Source: Eledone cirrhosa
Lineage: Eukaryota
DNA: 64,000 nucleotides
Direction of reading: 5' to 3'
Assembly (NCBI GenBank): GCA_964016885.1
Contig: OZ024743.1
Location: 196,354,001 to 196,418,000 of the forward strand
The notes beneath the pieces are model-generated. The model did no database searches. It saw nothing but the letters and a program-made list of their open reading frames with translations, and was not told where the DNA came from. The translations under genes and the position numbers were made by a program. Below, piece after piece: positions 1 to 14,002 of this stretch (positions are counted from its first letter, which is position 1; every line of letters begins with the position of its first letter).

Positions 1-321
1 AAAGTTAAACTCGGCGGGATTAACCCCAGATCATAAAGGGGCGTAACTCTATGCTGCAAAGCATGGCCTCCGGACCTCTACCGATACTGCTAATCCACCG
101 CCCTATTAATAATGGTTTCTTATATAGGCACAAGGACAGCAATTGAGGGGGTCGATTAAATCGACCCCAGTGCGTGACTGGTACTTTATTTTATCGACCC
201 CGTAAGGATAAAAGGCAAAGTTAACATCAGTGGGATTTGAACTCAGATCATAAAGGGCCGTAACTCTATGCTGCAATGCATGGCGTTCGACCATCTACCG
301 ATACTACCAATCCACCGCCCT
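1..321 (-). mobile_element. Two tandem copies of tRNA-headed SINE (family A)
   Basis: Reverse complement reads GGCGGTGGATTGGYAGTATCGGTAGA (A-box-like)...GAGTTCAAATCCC (B box)...CTTTGCCTTTYATCCTTACGGGGTCGATAAAATAAAGTACCAG...AGAAAC(C/A)ATT. The same consensus recurs about 25 times in the window. Confidence 0.9.
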
Positions 322-701
322 AATAATAATAATAACAATAATAATAAAAGGACGATTGGTTATGTCTTCATTACAGACTGGAAACTACGTATCGAGTGCT
401 CACTCGAGTGAACCTACAGAAACTTGCACGTTATACTCCTTAGATATATATATATATACATACATATTCTCAACGCTTCAAAAGCCGTCAGAAGTTACAC
501 TTTTGTTTTTCATTGGCTTAATCAAATCCATGTTAAGATTATTTATACCTACAAGAAACCAATATGTGGTGCTTCCCACTCTGTTACTGTTATAGTGATC
601 CTTCAGAAAACGTAGTTTCTTAAGACTGACTAAATATGCTTGTGTTATTTGTTGATATAATGTTTTCTTTGGAAGTTTCCTTTTCTTTGTTAACTTATAC
701 T

Positions 702-733
<32 letters not shown>

Positions 734-1104
734 CATATCATTCACACTTTCTCTCTCCCGCTCTCGCTTGCTATATTATTATTTCTTCTTATGTCTCCTT
801 ATTTTCTTATTGTTTTGATGATTCTTCAAAGCACTGGGACATATTGGAAATACCAAAGAAGCAGGCTCTTCTGTTTTAAGCTCAAACAAATTGGTAATAT
901 TACTTCCTGGCAGGGAAAACAATAAACATGGGAATTATAAACGCGTTCGAATAATTACGTTATATGTTGTATAATGTTATTTGATAATAGTTTTATTTGC
1001 CTTAGAATATTTCAGCCCCTGAATCAACAAACGGGCAGCTTTTTTTCAGAAATTTCCTTTCAACTGACACTGAGTATTTGTGTCTGTTTATATATATATA
1101 TATA

Positions 1105-1446
1105 CAAAGGTTCTATTTAAATTGTTGGGATACAACAAGCAAATATTTTTATAACTGATATAAAGCACTCGACAAGTATTTGGAGTAAATATACGATATT
1201 AACAAATGGAAACTATATTTATAAAACCATATTTATTTCATTATACATATTTCAATGTCTATCGTGGTGTCTTCCAAAAGTAACGGTTGCATTTTGAAAG
1301 GGTACGTCAATGTTTATTTATAAAACTGGTGTATATTGTATTTTGTCTGATGAAGGCATACCATAATTTAACTTGGTATCCTTGAAATATGTATTATGAA
1401 ATAAATATGGTTTTATAAATATAGTTTCCATTTGTTAATATCGTAT
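1105..1446. mobile_element. Foldback Penelope-like terminal remnant (about 60-bp inverted arms) in (TA)n
   Basis: 1191-1255 ATACGATATTAACAAATGGAAAC...TTTCAA is inverted at 1382-1446. Homologous to 6718-7147. Contains a hammerhead motif. Confidence 0.6.
1333..1408 (+). ncRNA. Minimal type I hammerhead ribozyme motif
   Basis: CTGATGA 1347-1353; stem II AGG-ATACC/GGTAT-CCT; GAAA 1384-1387; TATG-TA; imperfect stem I ATATTGTATTT/AAATAAATAT. Confidence 0.55.
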
Positions 1447-1561
1447 ATATATATATATTTATATATATATATTTATATCGTATATATATATATATATATA
1501 TCGTATATATATATATAAAGCAGCGATTCTTTGCTTAAACTTTAATCTGTTATTTTAATAA

Positions 1562-1979
<418 letters not shown>

Positions 1980-2258
1980 GTAAAAGGTAAACAGAATTTA
2001 CAAAACAAACGGCGCAGTACACGGAAGAAATATATTAGTTTAAAGTTTGAAATAACAGGAAGAGAGTCATAACGTTTCAGACGCTAGTCCTTTATCAGAA
2101 GATAGAGTTAGAAATAGAAGGGAAATAACAAGTAGATAGTGATAAGAGGAAGGAACGGGGGAAATCAGATAACACACGTGCGTATTGAGTTGGCTAAATA
2201 TACACACATACTCTATACCTATACACCCACCTATATATATATATATATATATATATAA

Positions 2259-2305
<47 letters not shown>

Positions 2306-2405
2306 CCCATATATATATATATATATATATATATATGGGATAACATTATACTTTCACTCGTGTAGGACACCTCGGTTAATTTTCATTTTGTAAAAAAAAA
2401 ATCAC

Positions 2406-2511
<106 letters not shown>

Positions 2512-3619
2512 CGTCTCTGGCGGTGTTTAATCGATTTTCTGAATTATTATTTGAAAGTGGCCTACACTTTAAATCATCTATCTATTTATGTGCCCCAATG
2601 TTTGGACAATGTACCTGTTTGTTGGTGTACGATCTTACATCAAGTTATGTTGAGGGTCCCATGCGAAAAACATTCGACATTAAAGGTTTCTCTGTCTCTG
2701 TAGTTCTTTTTCTGAAGTTTTACTAACAACGACATTGTCTGTACACTGAATGAAGTTCAGTTACAGATGTAGTTGTTTGTGGTCTTTGTTCGGATTGAAT
2801 AGCTTGTAATCTGTGAGTTGGGAGCGTGCCTATAATAAGCTAAAGCAAAGCAAAAGAATCCAGGGTTAATTCTGCATCTTTTTGTTATTCCAGTTTTAAC
2901 TTCAAACTGATCTACTATAAGAAATTGCCGCTGCAATTGTATTTCATTTCATCGTACAGAAACTATGTGATTGATATGAATTTTTATAGACTGCCAAGTT
3001 TCATGCTTTATAGAATATATTAACACATCACAAACATCGCAAATCAACATAAAATGCATTACACTAAACCATAATCATATATTAATTATAGACTATAAGA
3101 ATACTAAGATTAAAAACTTCATCAATAACAAACAAAAATCATGTAAAGCTGAGAAAAAGATACTAAAGTCCAATGTGGTTTGTAAATTTGATTGTAAATA
3201 TAAAAGCTGTAAATTTCATATTTTTGACTGCTCTACTGGTCGTGCAAGTACGACACTTCTCACATCGTCTCAATATACACATAAAACAAGGAAGATTTGC
3301 AAATCACTTCATCACATACCACAACTAAACTAGATACGAACATAATAGTAAACAATGTATGTAGACTGTACGGAATTCCTCGGAAAATAGAAGATTAATA
3401 ATGATTTCTCATTTACACACAATGCCAGCAATTTGAGGGTTGGGAAACTTGAGTATATCAGCCTCAGAGTAGATCCATACATTCGTATATGTATGTTTGT
3501 GTGAGAGACTGTGAGAGAGATAGAGAGATTATGTGTGGGGGGAGGGTGTATGCCTGCATTCAAGTGGGTTTGTATATACGTATACATACGAACTTACATA
3601 CAGTTAAAACGTCTGTCCA

Positions 3620-4245
3620 ATACGAGGAGGCTCATCAGGCTGGTGTATATGCCAATAAAATTGGCGTTAAAATTCTCTCCTGGACAGGGTGCAAGTTCAT
3701 CAAAGGTTTAATCCTTTGTTGCTGCTGAAGTTCATTTTTACCCAAGTGGATTGAAGAACACAACGCACCACCCAGTCCTATCTGATGAGAGGCCTAAGAA
3801 GTTGACAAGTTATCACGAAAACTTCAGGTTTCACTTCATTGTTTCCCTCTCAGAAAAATGTCGTACCAACAGCACGAGGTCCTTCACTCATAGTGAGCTT
3901 ACTGCGCACCCTGACACCAATCAGGACAATTTCTTAGTTCTGGTGCCCAGATGGGTAATCATAACTATGACCAAGGAATCCCACCGACCTCGGTTTTGAT
4001 ATTCGAGTGACACTACTCCTAGACAGGAAACCACCCAAGACTGACGAGTTCTGTTTACCCGGAACAGCTGTTTTTAAGACACCAGTAACTCGACTTGGTC
4101 CTCATTCATTGCCAGTTCAAAACATCTCCTCTACCAGGAGGTTGGACTTCAGTTGTCAGAGGCTATATGAGACACAAACTGATTGCGTCATTTTATTAGT
4201 GAGTAGATTCTCAGGCATACTCCCATCCCGGCAATGACAACCTTA
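3620..4245 (-). mobile_element. Highly decayed LINE 5' fragment, possibly RTE clade
   Basis: GC-richer island between microsatellites. The minus strand resembles an RTE 5'UTR followed by eroded endonuclease-like codons. No intact ORF. Confidence 0.3.
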
Positions 4246-4667
4246 GGAGATACATAAATACATATACACATACATACATATTATATATATACGTATATAC
4301 ATAAATATTGTTGTGCCTGTGTTATTTTTTAATGAATGCCGTGAAATAGCGTATGCTATTTACTGACAGGATATTTGGACAGTCAACTCGTGAATTACTT
4401 TCCGATATATAATGCCAACTTATTTCATAGATTAAACAGGGACTGGGCTAAGAAAAATAAAAGAGAGAAATAATTTACTCTGTGACAGTAAATTTCTCTT
4501 TGTAAAAATAATCCTTATTGACATAAATGTCTTGTTGTTAATGTTGTTTTCAACTTTTGTATAGTGTTTAAAGATTGATTAGTTTCTAATGATTTCTTAA
4601 CTGATAAATATTTCTACTGAATCATAGTGTAAGTTTCCTTTTATATATATGTGTGTGTATGTGTGTG

Positions 4668-4700
<33 letters not shown>

Positions 4701-6211
4701 ATGTATGCATAAATATATATATGTGTGTGTATGATGTACTTGCATATATATATGTATGAATTTATATATATATATGTATATATATATAATCTGGCTATGT
4801 TTCCTTGGTGAAAAGAATTCCAAGTCTGGTATACTTTTTTCACTACTGTCTGTAGCTTTAAAGTCACACACATTCTAGCACGTGTTTGTCTTCAATTTCC
4901 TTAGAGTTATTCCGGTTGAGTCATTGCTATCTAAAGATGACAAACAACGCCATCTTACACGTCAGAACAGAGTTATTTTTTACGCATCTTTACTGGCAAA
5001 GAAAATGTTAAATATTAATTAATTAGTAATACACTGAAATATCGGTAAATGAATCGACGTTTCTTGTAAAAATGTTTCTTTTCCTAGCTGTAAGTTCTTT
5101 TTTTTCTATCTTTCTGTTATCTTTTTGGACGTGGATGGATCTATTTTGGAAGACGTGAATCGGAGTGCTATTACAGACTTTCCTGTGATAGCAACAACAA
5201 AATCCAACACAAGAAAATATGCCAAAGAAAGTAATGAAAGAAGTCATAAAGAATGGAAGGAAGAAAACATTTGAAAGATAGAAAGAAAAAAGATTGGAAG
5301 AATAAATTAATAAATAAATAATATAAGCACAATTGAACCATTTCTTTATTCTGTCTGATAAAAATGTTCCTCGCTGAGGTCTAAAAATGTTACTTTGCTC
5401 ATGTAATATTATATAAATCCGTTAACTAACTTTGTTCGGAAATATCTGAGCATTTTCTCATTTAATTTGGATGCCAGCTTCACGGGAACCAACATGAATT
5501 TAGAAGGTTCCTTTATGTACATACTAACAATATACTCACAGTGGAAAATCAAAACCCCTTCACCATATTTTATTTAGCCTCACCAATGAATAGGAATCTA
5601 TCGAATACTTTTTTTTTCTTTTGAATATTCTACACGAAGCCCAAACAGAAATCACATTGGATGTTATTGTCCTTGGAATGACACCGTTTCAAAGAAAAAC
5701 AGAGTAAAAATAACCAAAATAAAAGAAAAAAAAGATAGCAATTCAGTTACGATTCATATTTTTTATATTATTATTATTATTATTACAGTTGCATTTATCT
5801 TGCTTTATGTTCATACGAGTTATCACCAAGTCACAACCTTATTATTATTAGTATTATTATTATTAGTATTGTTGTTGTTGTTGTTGTTATTATGGTGGTG
5901 GTGGTGTTTCTTTCACCATATATTTTGCAAATGAGTATGTTTCGGTTTGGTTTGTTTGTGATCTACTATCTCACCTTTAAACACAATTCATAGAATTTGA
6001 AAGTCTTCTATTCAGTATACTTTCGTCAAGTCAAATAGTTGGGACATTTAAAATATGCTACTTCATTAAAATTGCATCATGACCTTTTCTTAGTGTTAGA
6101 AGGTGACCTTTTGTGTGAATTTGACCTTTCGCTAATATACTGAACTAAATAATCAAGAAAAACTAGTGCTTTTTATCCATAGATGTAATGAAGCCACCTC
6201 TTAGAATTACC

Positions 6212-6213
<2 letters not shown>

Positions 6214-6302
<89 letters not shown>

Positions 6303-6380
6303 GCTCCCTCTCTCTATATATTTTTATTTCTCTCTCTTTCTCCCTTATTTATCTATCTATCTTTCTCTCCATTTCATTCT
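6214..6380. repeat. (CT)n microsatellite
   Basis: Direct reading. Confidence 0.95.
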
Positions 6381-6657
6381 AGTATTTATCATTACTTACA
6401 ACAAATAGATACGAAACTATTAGTTACGAAGAAAAATATCAAACTTCTATGTGTGTGTGTGTTTATCTATACATTCATACAAACATATATACACACAAAC
6501 ATAGACATACACATATATTTATATATATATATACATATATGCATACATATATATATACACACACATACATATATACACATATATATACACACACACACAA
6601 ACACACACAACAAACACATATACACACATATATATATATACATGCGTACATATATAT

Positions 6658-6717
<60 letters not shown>

Positions 6718-6718
<1 letters not shown>

Positions 6719-7147
6719 CAAATGGATATTTAATTTGTTGGTAATTCAACAAATATATTTATAACAGATTCGAACAGATTCGAACAGATTCGAAGCACTC
6801 GACAGATTTTCTGGAGTATAATATCAATGATATTAATACATGGAAACTATATTTATAAAAACATATTTATTCCATTATAAATATTTCAAGGGTACCAAAA
6901 CATTGGTATGATCTCATCAGATAAAATACAAAGTTTGTTTTATAAATAGTGACATACCCTGGAATCAGACCTTAACGGTTCAAGTTTGGATAGACTATGT
7001 ATAGACTGGATATGTCACTATTTATAAAACAAACTTTGTATTTTATCTGATGAGAGCATACCAAAGTTTTGGTACCCTTGAAATATATATATTAGAACAA
7101 ATATGTTTTTATAAATATAGTTTCCATTTATTAATATCATTGATATA
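6718..7147. mobile_element. Foldback Penelope-like remnant with about 135-bp inverted arms, one hammerhead per arm
   Basis: About 6822-6956 is inverted at 7011-7146. CTGATGA...GAAA on + (7047-7083) and on - (6884-6920). Same family as 1105-1446. Confidence 0.65.
7034..7105 (+). ncRNA. Minimal hammerhead ribozyme motif
   Basis: CTGATGA 7047-7053; stem II TACCAAA/TTTGGTA; GAAA 7080-7083; TATA-TA. Stem I is weak. Confidence 0.5.
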
Positions 7148-7148
7148 A

Positions 7149-7286
<138 letters not shown>

Positions 7287-7305
7287 GTGTGTGTGTGTGT
7301 GTGTA

Positions 7306-7393
7306 TTAAAATAACAGATTAAAGTTTAAGCAAAGAATCGCTGCTTTCACCCTTAACAGGATCTTTGTTTAAACTTTAATCTGTTATTTTAAT
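7306..7393. repeat. Hairpin repeat, partial copy at 1517-1562
   Basis: TTAAAATAACAGATTAAAGTTTAAGCAAAGA...TCTTTGTTTAAACTTTAATCTGTTATTTTAA, next to a (TG)n tract. Confidence 0.75.
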
Positions 7394-8092
7394 AAATATT
7401 TGCTCTAGGGTTCTTATATATTTGATATATATTTATCCTTATCGAGCCCACTTTGGATTTTAGTCTTCACATTTATTATTATTACTATATATATATATAT
7501 ATATATATATTATTGACTGGTTTTGGTCTATTCTATTGACTGCCGAATAGCTTTGTTATATTTAACCACTCTGTCGAGAGCTTCATTCGATTTGTGTTAT
7601 TTTGCATTTTCGCAATATTATACACAGATGAATTCATTCGCCTAATTTAGGTGTTGCCTCCCTTGCTGAACCCCACGTGGGGTCAGTTACAGACACATCT
7701 ATGTGGTCTTTAGAACTGAATCCCGTTGATAACGCGCACTCCTAGTTCAGTCAGGATACGAGAAACTTAACATCCTTTATGTAAGTGGACAGTAAATGAC
7801 TTATGGGGCCGCAGAAACCCCAACACTGGACTTTACCATCATTCCAGGGGTCCGGGTGAGTATAAAACATTTATGCTTTCATATATTATTATATCTGTAT
7901 ATCTGTTTGACCCGAAATAGGAGATCGAATCTTCCCTGTGTGGATAATTAGTTTAACCGCCATCTCATTGTGTTTGGCCTTTAACGTAAGTTGTAATCTC
8001 TAATTCTTTTGAATTATTGAGCGCTTGCCTCACAATTCGAGAGTGTTTTTTCGTTATTTCATAGGCTGAAATTCGATTCTCGCTAATTTTTA

Positions 8093-8139
<47 letters not shown>

Positions 8140-8144
<5 letters not shown>

Positions 8145-8344
8145 AAAATGTTCAAGACCCCGACGGCAGAGCTCAAGCCGTTTCGACGGCTATTTCTGGA
8201 TGCTGGGCCCAAAAATAGCCGTCGAAACGGCTTGAGCTCTGCCGTCTGGGTCTTGAATATTTTCCTATTACCCACTCTACTACCCTAAGTATTGAGTACT
8301 CTGGTGCGTTATGGTCCACCTGGTTCCTTACCACACTTCCTTCG

Positions 8345-8347
<3 letters not shown>
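8140..8347. mobile_element. Foldback element carrying a duplicated hammerhead 3' half (family of 55730 and 57550)
   Basis: About 52-bp near-perfect inverted arms (AGGAAAATGTTCAAGACCCCGACGGC...GCTATTT), followed by about 80 bp shared in inverted orientation with 57550-57630. Flanked by (TA)n on both sides. Confidence 0.75.
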
Positions 8348-8384
<37 letters not shown>

Positions 8385-8667
8385 CAACCACTGTATCATA
8401 GACACCCTATATATTTCCAGGGGTACCCAGTACCTGTGAGGATATTAACCTCTTTTAATATTCTCCGTTATGTAGAGAACAAATCTGTTGTTTTATTTAG
8501 CTGCTATTTTTAGTGGCGAGATAGACAATACGTCTATGTTTACTTCCGCTTCTACTAAGGGCTGGTTCATGCAGAGGTCAAGTTTAAGGCCCCATTCGAT
8601 CCTGTGCTAGTTGGCAGATGGCAATATATTTTGCCGTTCCCGGGACTTTTATCCTAGGTAAGGAAAA

Positions 8668-8749
8668 TGCTCTCTGATGATCCGAATATTTCCATTGGAA
8701 ATCCCTAGGATCTCCAATTTTTTGTGAGGTGAAACCGTCGGTAAAAGCA
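8668..8749 (+). ncRNA. Type I hammerhead motif with extended stem II
   Basis: TGCTCT-CTGATGA(8674-8680)...GAAA(8731)-CCGTCGG-TA-AAAGCA. Stem I has 5 of 6 pairs; stem III ACCG/CGGT. Confidence 0.5.
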
Positions 8750-8817
8750 AATGGAATAGGTAAATATAATTTATTTTAAAAATTTGTTTGAATCTTGCTT
8801 GCTCCGCTTATCTCAAT

Positions 8818-8922
<105 letters not shown>

Positions 8923-9172
8923 GTATATATATTTATATATGTGTCGGAGAGAGTGTGTGAGATGGAGAATGTATATTTCATTTTTTTTTTTAATTCTGTA
9001 TTATAATTTCATGAAATACAGAAAGGAACAAAATCGACTGGCAACTTTGCCCGACCAGAACTAGATAATTATTTTTAGAAAGGATGTTTTGTCGAATAAG
9101 ACCCCTGTACTTAAAGATCTTCACCGTAAGAATATCTCCGACATCAGATACATACACAGACAAATATTATAG

Positions 9173-9333
9173 AATTGTTTCTATTTTTGGCACAAGGCCA
9201 GCAATACCCCCAATACATTACTGGTACTTTATTTTATCGACCCCCGTAAGGATGAAAGGCAAAGTTAACCTCGGCGGGATTTGAACTCAGATCATAAAGA
9301 GACGTAACTCTATGCTTCAAAGTATGGCGTCCG
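9173..9333 (-). mobile_element. SINE family A
   Basis: Consensus body and B box on the minus strand. Confidence 0.88.
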
Positions 9334-10184
9334 AATCGTTTTATAGAATTGGCAGAGTTGTTTGAACAATTGGATAGAATGCGTCGAGATCAACTATGAC
9401 TTTCATCCATTCATGATCGATAACAACAATACGAGTCCAGTACTAGGGTCAATTCTCTCTCTCTCTCTCTCTCTCTTCTTCTTCTTCTTCTTCTTCTTCT
9501 TTCAATGGAATAAATCGGGTGTGTTCAGGTTTGGAGAGGAAATAGACTCCACCAGTTTCTAAAAATGCTCAAGAAACGCCGTGTATCAACATGGTACCAC
9601 TAGGACCAGGACCATAATTATATATATATATATACCCAGGGAGTGTAAAGTGAAGTTACTGTAGGTTCACCCAGGTGAGCACTCGATGTTTAGATTCTCG
9701 TCAGTGGCGAGGTGTAGAGCTGGACAGAGTGTAATATAATAATACAAGGACGATTTGTTAAGCCTTCATTACGTTTATTGATTAGTGTCGCGCGTTTCGC
9801 AATTGATCAGCTCATGGTTCGATCTGTATCGTTCTGGCCCGACTCTGGAATCAAAAGCTCGTCGGACCTCTGTTATAGTAATGACAGAATGAATATACAT
9901 GGCTGATAAATATCTAACGTTCATATGTTGGTCAGTTTATGTTGTTTTGATTGGTGGGTTAATTATGAGGAATGTTTTGACATTTATGATAGGTGGGGGT
10001 GAGTGTAGTGACGAGATAGTTGTGGGGCGCAATGGTTGATGCGAGTTGCTGGGTGTGGTGTTTTGGCTTGCCCTAGACAAGTCAAGTACTTATTCTATCG
10101 ACCTTTCTTTTTTGCAGAATATAATGAAACAGCAAATGTAAACAAAGACACACACAGACATATGCATATACATGCACACAAACA

Positions 10185-10677
10185 ATGCAGAAGAAATGGG
10201 TTTGGATGAATATGCAGTTCACAGAATCTTAACTGACCATTTGCACATACGAAAATTTTGTGCAAGGAAGACTCGAAATTCAGCCAAATCTCTTTGATAA
10301 AGTAATAACAGAAGATAAATCAAGGATGTTCGAGCTCAAAGTGAGAATTGGCACACGAAAAATTCCCCTCATCCGAAGAAAGCACGCATGAGCAGATCCC
10401 GGATAAAAAAAACGATTACCATTTTTTTTTTTCGACAGCCATGGTATTGTTCACAAAGAATGTTTACCCCCAGAACAGACAGTTAATCTCACCTTCTACA
10501 GAGATGTCTTGGAACGATTTTGAAAACGGATCCAGCGAGTCCGAAAGTCCACTGCAGGAAATTGAGCACTGTATCACGATAAGGTGCCTACTCACACAGC
10601 AGTTTCAATTACAGATTTTCTGGTGAAGAAAAGCATCCCCACTCTTCCACATGAAACCTACAGCCCAGTTCTTCCCA
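10185..10677 (+). pseudogene. Decayed mariner (DD34D-type) transposase fragment
   Basis: Frameshifted peptides AEEMGLDEYAVHRILTDHLHIRKFCAR, WHTKNSPHPKKARMSRS, FFDSHGIVHKECLPPEQTVN and HTAVSITDFLVKKSIPTLPHETYSPVL, the last matching the mariner HPPYSPDLAP motif. Ends at a (TACA)n tract. Confidence 0.88.
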
Positions 10678-10845
10678 TACATACATACATACATACATAC
10701 ATACATACATACATACATACGTACGTACGTACGTACGTACGTACGTACGTACATACATACATACATACATACATACATACATACATACATACATACATAC
10801 ATACATACATACATACATACATACATACATACATACATACATACA

Positions 10846-12392
10846 TTTAGATGAGAACATATCCTATAATGGTATCTGTAATAAGGAACGCGATTAAGAA
10901 AGATTTGGTCATCGGAACTCTCTGCGCAAAACAAAACAGTAGCTCACAATGTGTTTGCTATGCCTGTCCTAACACCAACATTTGGAATACTCAATTGGAC
11001 GATAGACGAAATCCGAGCAGTTGATGTTGGAACTCGAAAAATACTAAACAACACCGGAAACTTCCACATCAACAGTGACATAGGCCGCCTTTACTTGAAA
11101 CGTAAGCAGGAAGGCAGAGGCCTAACATCAGTCCAGACAGCATTTGAATATCCCATCATATCTCTCCGACAACATCTACGAACCTCGAGGCGTAGGAGCC
11201 CGTCTCTCGAGCAAGTCTATCTGCATGATACAGATAAGATCATGCGACTTGGGAAGGAACTCCTCGAGAGACATTCCCTGCGTGATAATCAAAAACTCAC
11301 ACCCAGGGAAGTCGCTCAGCAGTATCGCAGTGAATCCATGGATGAAAAATTGCATGCTTGTCAGCAAAAAATCATGCATGGATATGTTGCCAGGAAGTTC
11401 CAGAGTGAGAGTAATATAGATAAGGAAAGTAGTCTATCTTGGACCAACAACCGCTATATTGGCTCCCACTTTGACGGATACGCTTTTGCAATCCAAGAAC
11501 AGGAGATTATCATGAAATACTTGATTCACAGAAGAGATAGGGATGCAGGCAAAACATCTAGATGTGATAACAAGTGCAGACTCTGCAGAACTAACATCGA
11601 GGATATCACCCATGTCATCAGCAGCTGTCCAAAGATATCATCGCGGTACTATCTACCTATGAGACATGATGTAGTGGCCAAAACACTGTACAATGCGGTA
11701 AAAAAAATAACCCCGATAATAAACACATTAAAAGCTACAGAAATGTGGAAGATATCCACGTACATAATATGAAAGAGTACTGGTGGAACGCTCTAGTAAA
11801 AACCCCAATAAAATGCAGGCATAACAAACCAGATATTATGATATGGGACAAGGAGAAGAAAGCATCCACAGTAGTGGAAATTAGCTGCCCAGCAGATACC
11901 AATATAATATCAAAGATTAGCGAAAAGGAGAATATTTATGCAGAACTGATGAGAAATCTGCAGATACTCCACCCTCATTACACCTTCAGATTTATGCCTG
12001 TGATTATTGGGGCACTGGGGTATGTTAGTAACTGCCTCAACACAAATCTTGAGAAGCTAGGCTTCACGGGAACAGAAAGAACACAACTAGTTAGGAAATT
12101 ACAAGTACAATCCATTAATGGAACGATAAAAATATGTAAAACATTCCAAAAATGTTGCATCTAATAACTGCATATACACATGTAGAGATGCAAAGCATAT
12201 ACACATGCACACATACAACTCAAAACATCCACATCCACACATACAATAACATCCATATCTACACATGCATGCATACATACATATCTACCTAGTTGATGTT
12301 GTGTAAATTCCAATGAGAGAGTCTTGTGTCTATGTTAAAAACCGACTCTCTTTCTATTGGTAAAACTTTGTGAAATTATAAAACCAGAAGAA
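10846..12392 (+). mobile_element. 5'-truncated R4/Dong-type LINE (restriction-like endonuclease) 3' region with 3'UTR
   Basis: ORFs 10951-11772 and 11745-12164 (one frameshift) contain RLYLKRKQEGRGL, the CCHC motif CRLC...EDITHVISSC, RHD, and the PD..E endonuclease motif KPDIMIWD...VVEISCP...K..Y. Flanked by (TACA)n on both sides. Confidence 0.9.
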
Positions 12393-13791
12393 CATACATA
12401 CATACATACATACATACATACATACATACATACATACATACATACATACATACATTAGACGCACACACATTACTTATATATAAAATGTATTTTCTGACTG
12501 GTTTCCATCTAAGATGTAACCAGTAATATTGGTTTTCATGCTGGCTATTTAGAATTTCACAGATTTCTTAATGCTATCTGGTTAATTTGTTTATGTTTGC
12601 TTCGGTTGTTGCTATGTCCACAGCCAGTGTCGTGTCGTTAAGTGCAGGCTTTTCTTTTTCTCTGTTATGCGATGAAGTAAAAAAAATAACATTTCCCTCT
12701 CAACAATTTTTGCTTGCTAAGATTATTAACGAAACCTTATCTGAATAGATTTACAAAAATATTACAAATATACACCGAACTACTGAGAAAGCTCAGCGAA
12801 CCATAATGTTGAATCAAGCTACAGTCTTCGAGCATAGTTAAAATGATACATAATAACCAGATGTCTTTCTCGTTTTTTTTTTTTTAAGATATTGTTGTCT
12901 TATGCCAGAAAAGAAAATTAAAAATCATACGCTTTTATTAATGTTTAGGTGACTTATTAATAATAGTCGAATTATTAGAAGAAAAAAAAGAAGGAATTTA
13001 CTCTCTTAAATCTATCTAAAGTTGTTTGTCTTAAGAGTGGATGGATTACTTGTTTATTTCTGTCCTCAAAGTTCTCTAATATGAATAAAATTGTTAATTT
13101 CACGTCTGGCTGAAAATATCTCTTGCATTGTAAATTATTTTTTATCGTCCGTTTTTCCCTTCTTATTCTCATTTTCTCGGCGTCCATTGAACGAGAGTAA
13201 AGTTTAGGGGAAAGAAAAGGGGTGTTATAATAAAGTTAGAACATTCTTTCGAGAAGGTCTCTTTTCAGGTTTAACTCCCTCTCGTACGTGGCTACAATGT
13301 TGTCAAACACGAACCCCATCATTTATGTTCAATATCCTTTACATCAATGGACGACAGATGTTTGGCTCGCTTCCCAAAACTTAAAAAACTTTGATTTGAT
13401 ATCTAATATAGCATAAAATGCCATTAAATAGAAAGCGAAGGAATTTCTTCTTTGCTTTCTGTAACTTTCTGCTATAAACGTTAGCTACACGGATATTAGC
13501 CTGCCATAGCTTAATAAGTGTCGCGACAATGATTCTGAACTGCAAGAATAACGGATGTAAGGATTAAATAGAACCATTTCTTTATAACTGGCGGCGATTA
13601 AGCTGCTGATCTCACATTGAAGAACTAGAAGCAGTTTCAATCCTAACATTAATAATCAAAGAACTGAAAAACTAATTTCAACACCATCTCTCCCATTGAA
13701 GATCATGAGTTCGTCTTTTCACATGCAATAAAGTTTTACACACAGATATATATATATATATATATATATAAGCACTTATATATAAGTGTGA

Positions 13792-13851
<60 letters not shown>

Positions 13852-13891
13852 GTATATAATATATATGAGTGAGAATATACATATATACATA

Positions 13892-14002
<111 letters not shown>

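Noticed and set aside
2060-2105. Hammerhead-like CTGATAA-AGGAC..GTCT-GAAACGTTA on the minus strand, with a relative near 63540
   Set aside because: C3/A8 mismatch and weak stem I; at most a dead relic.
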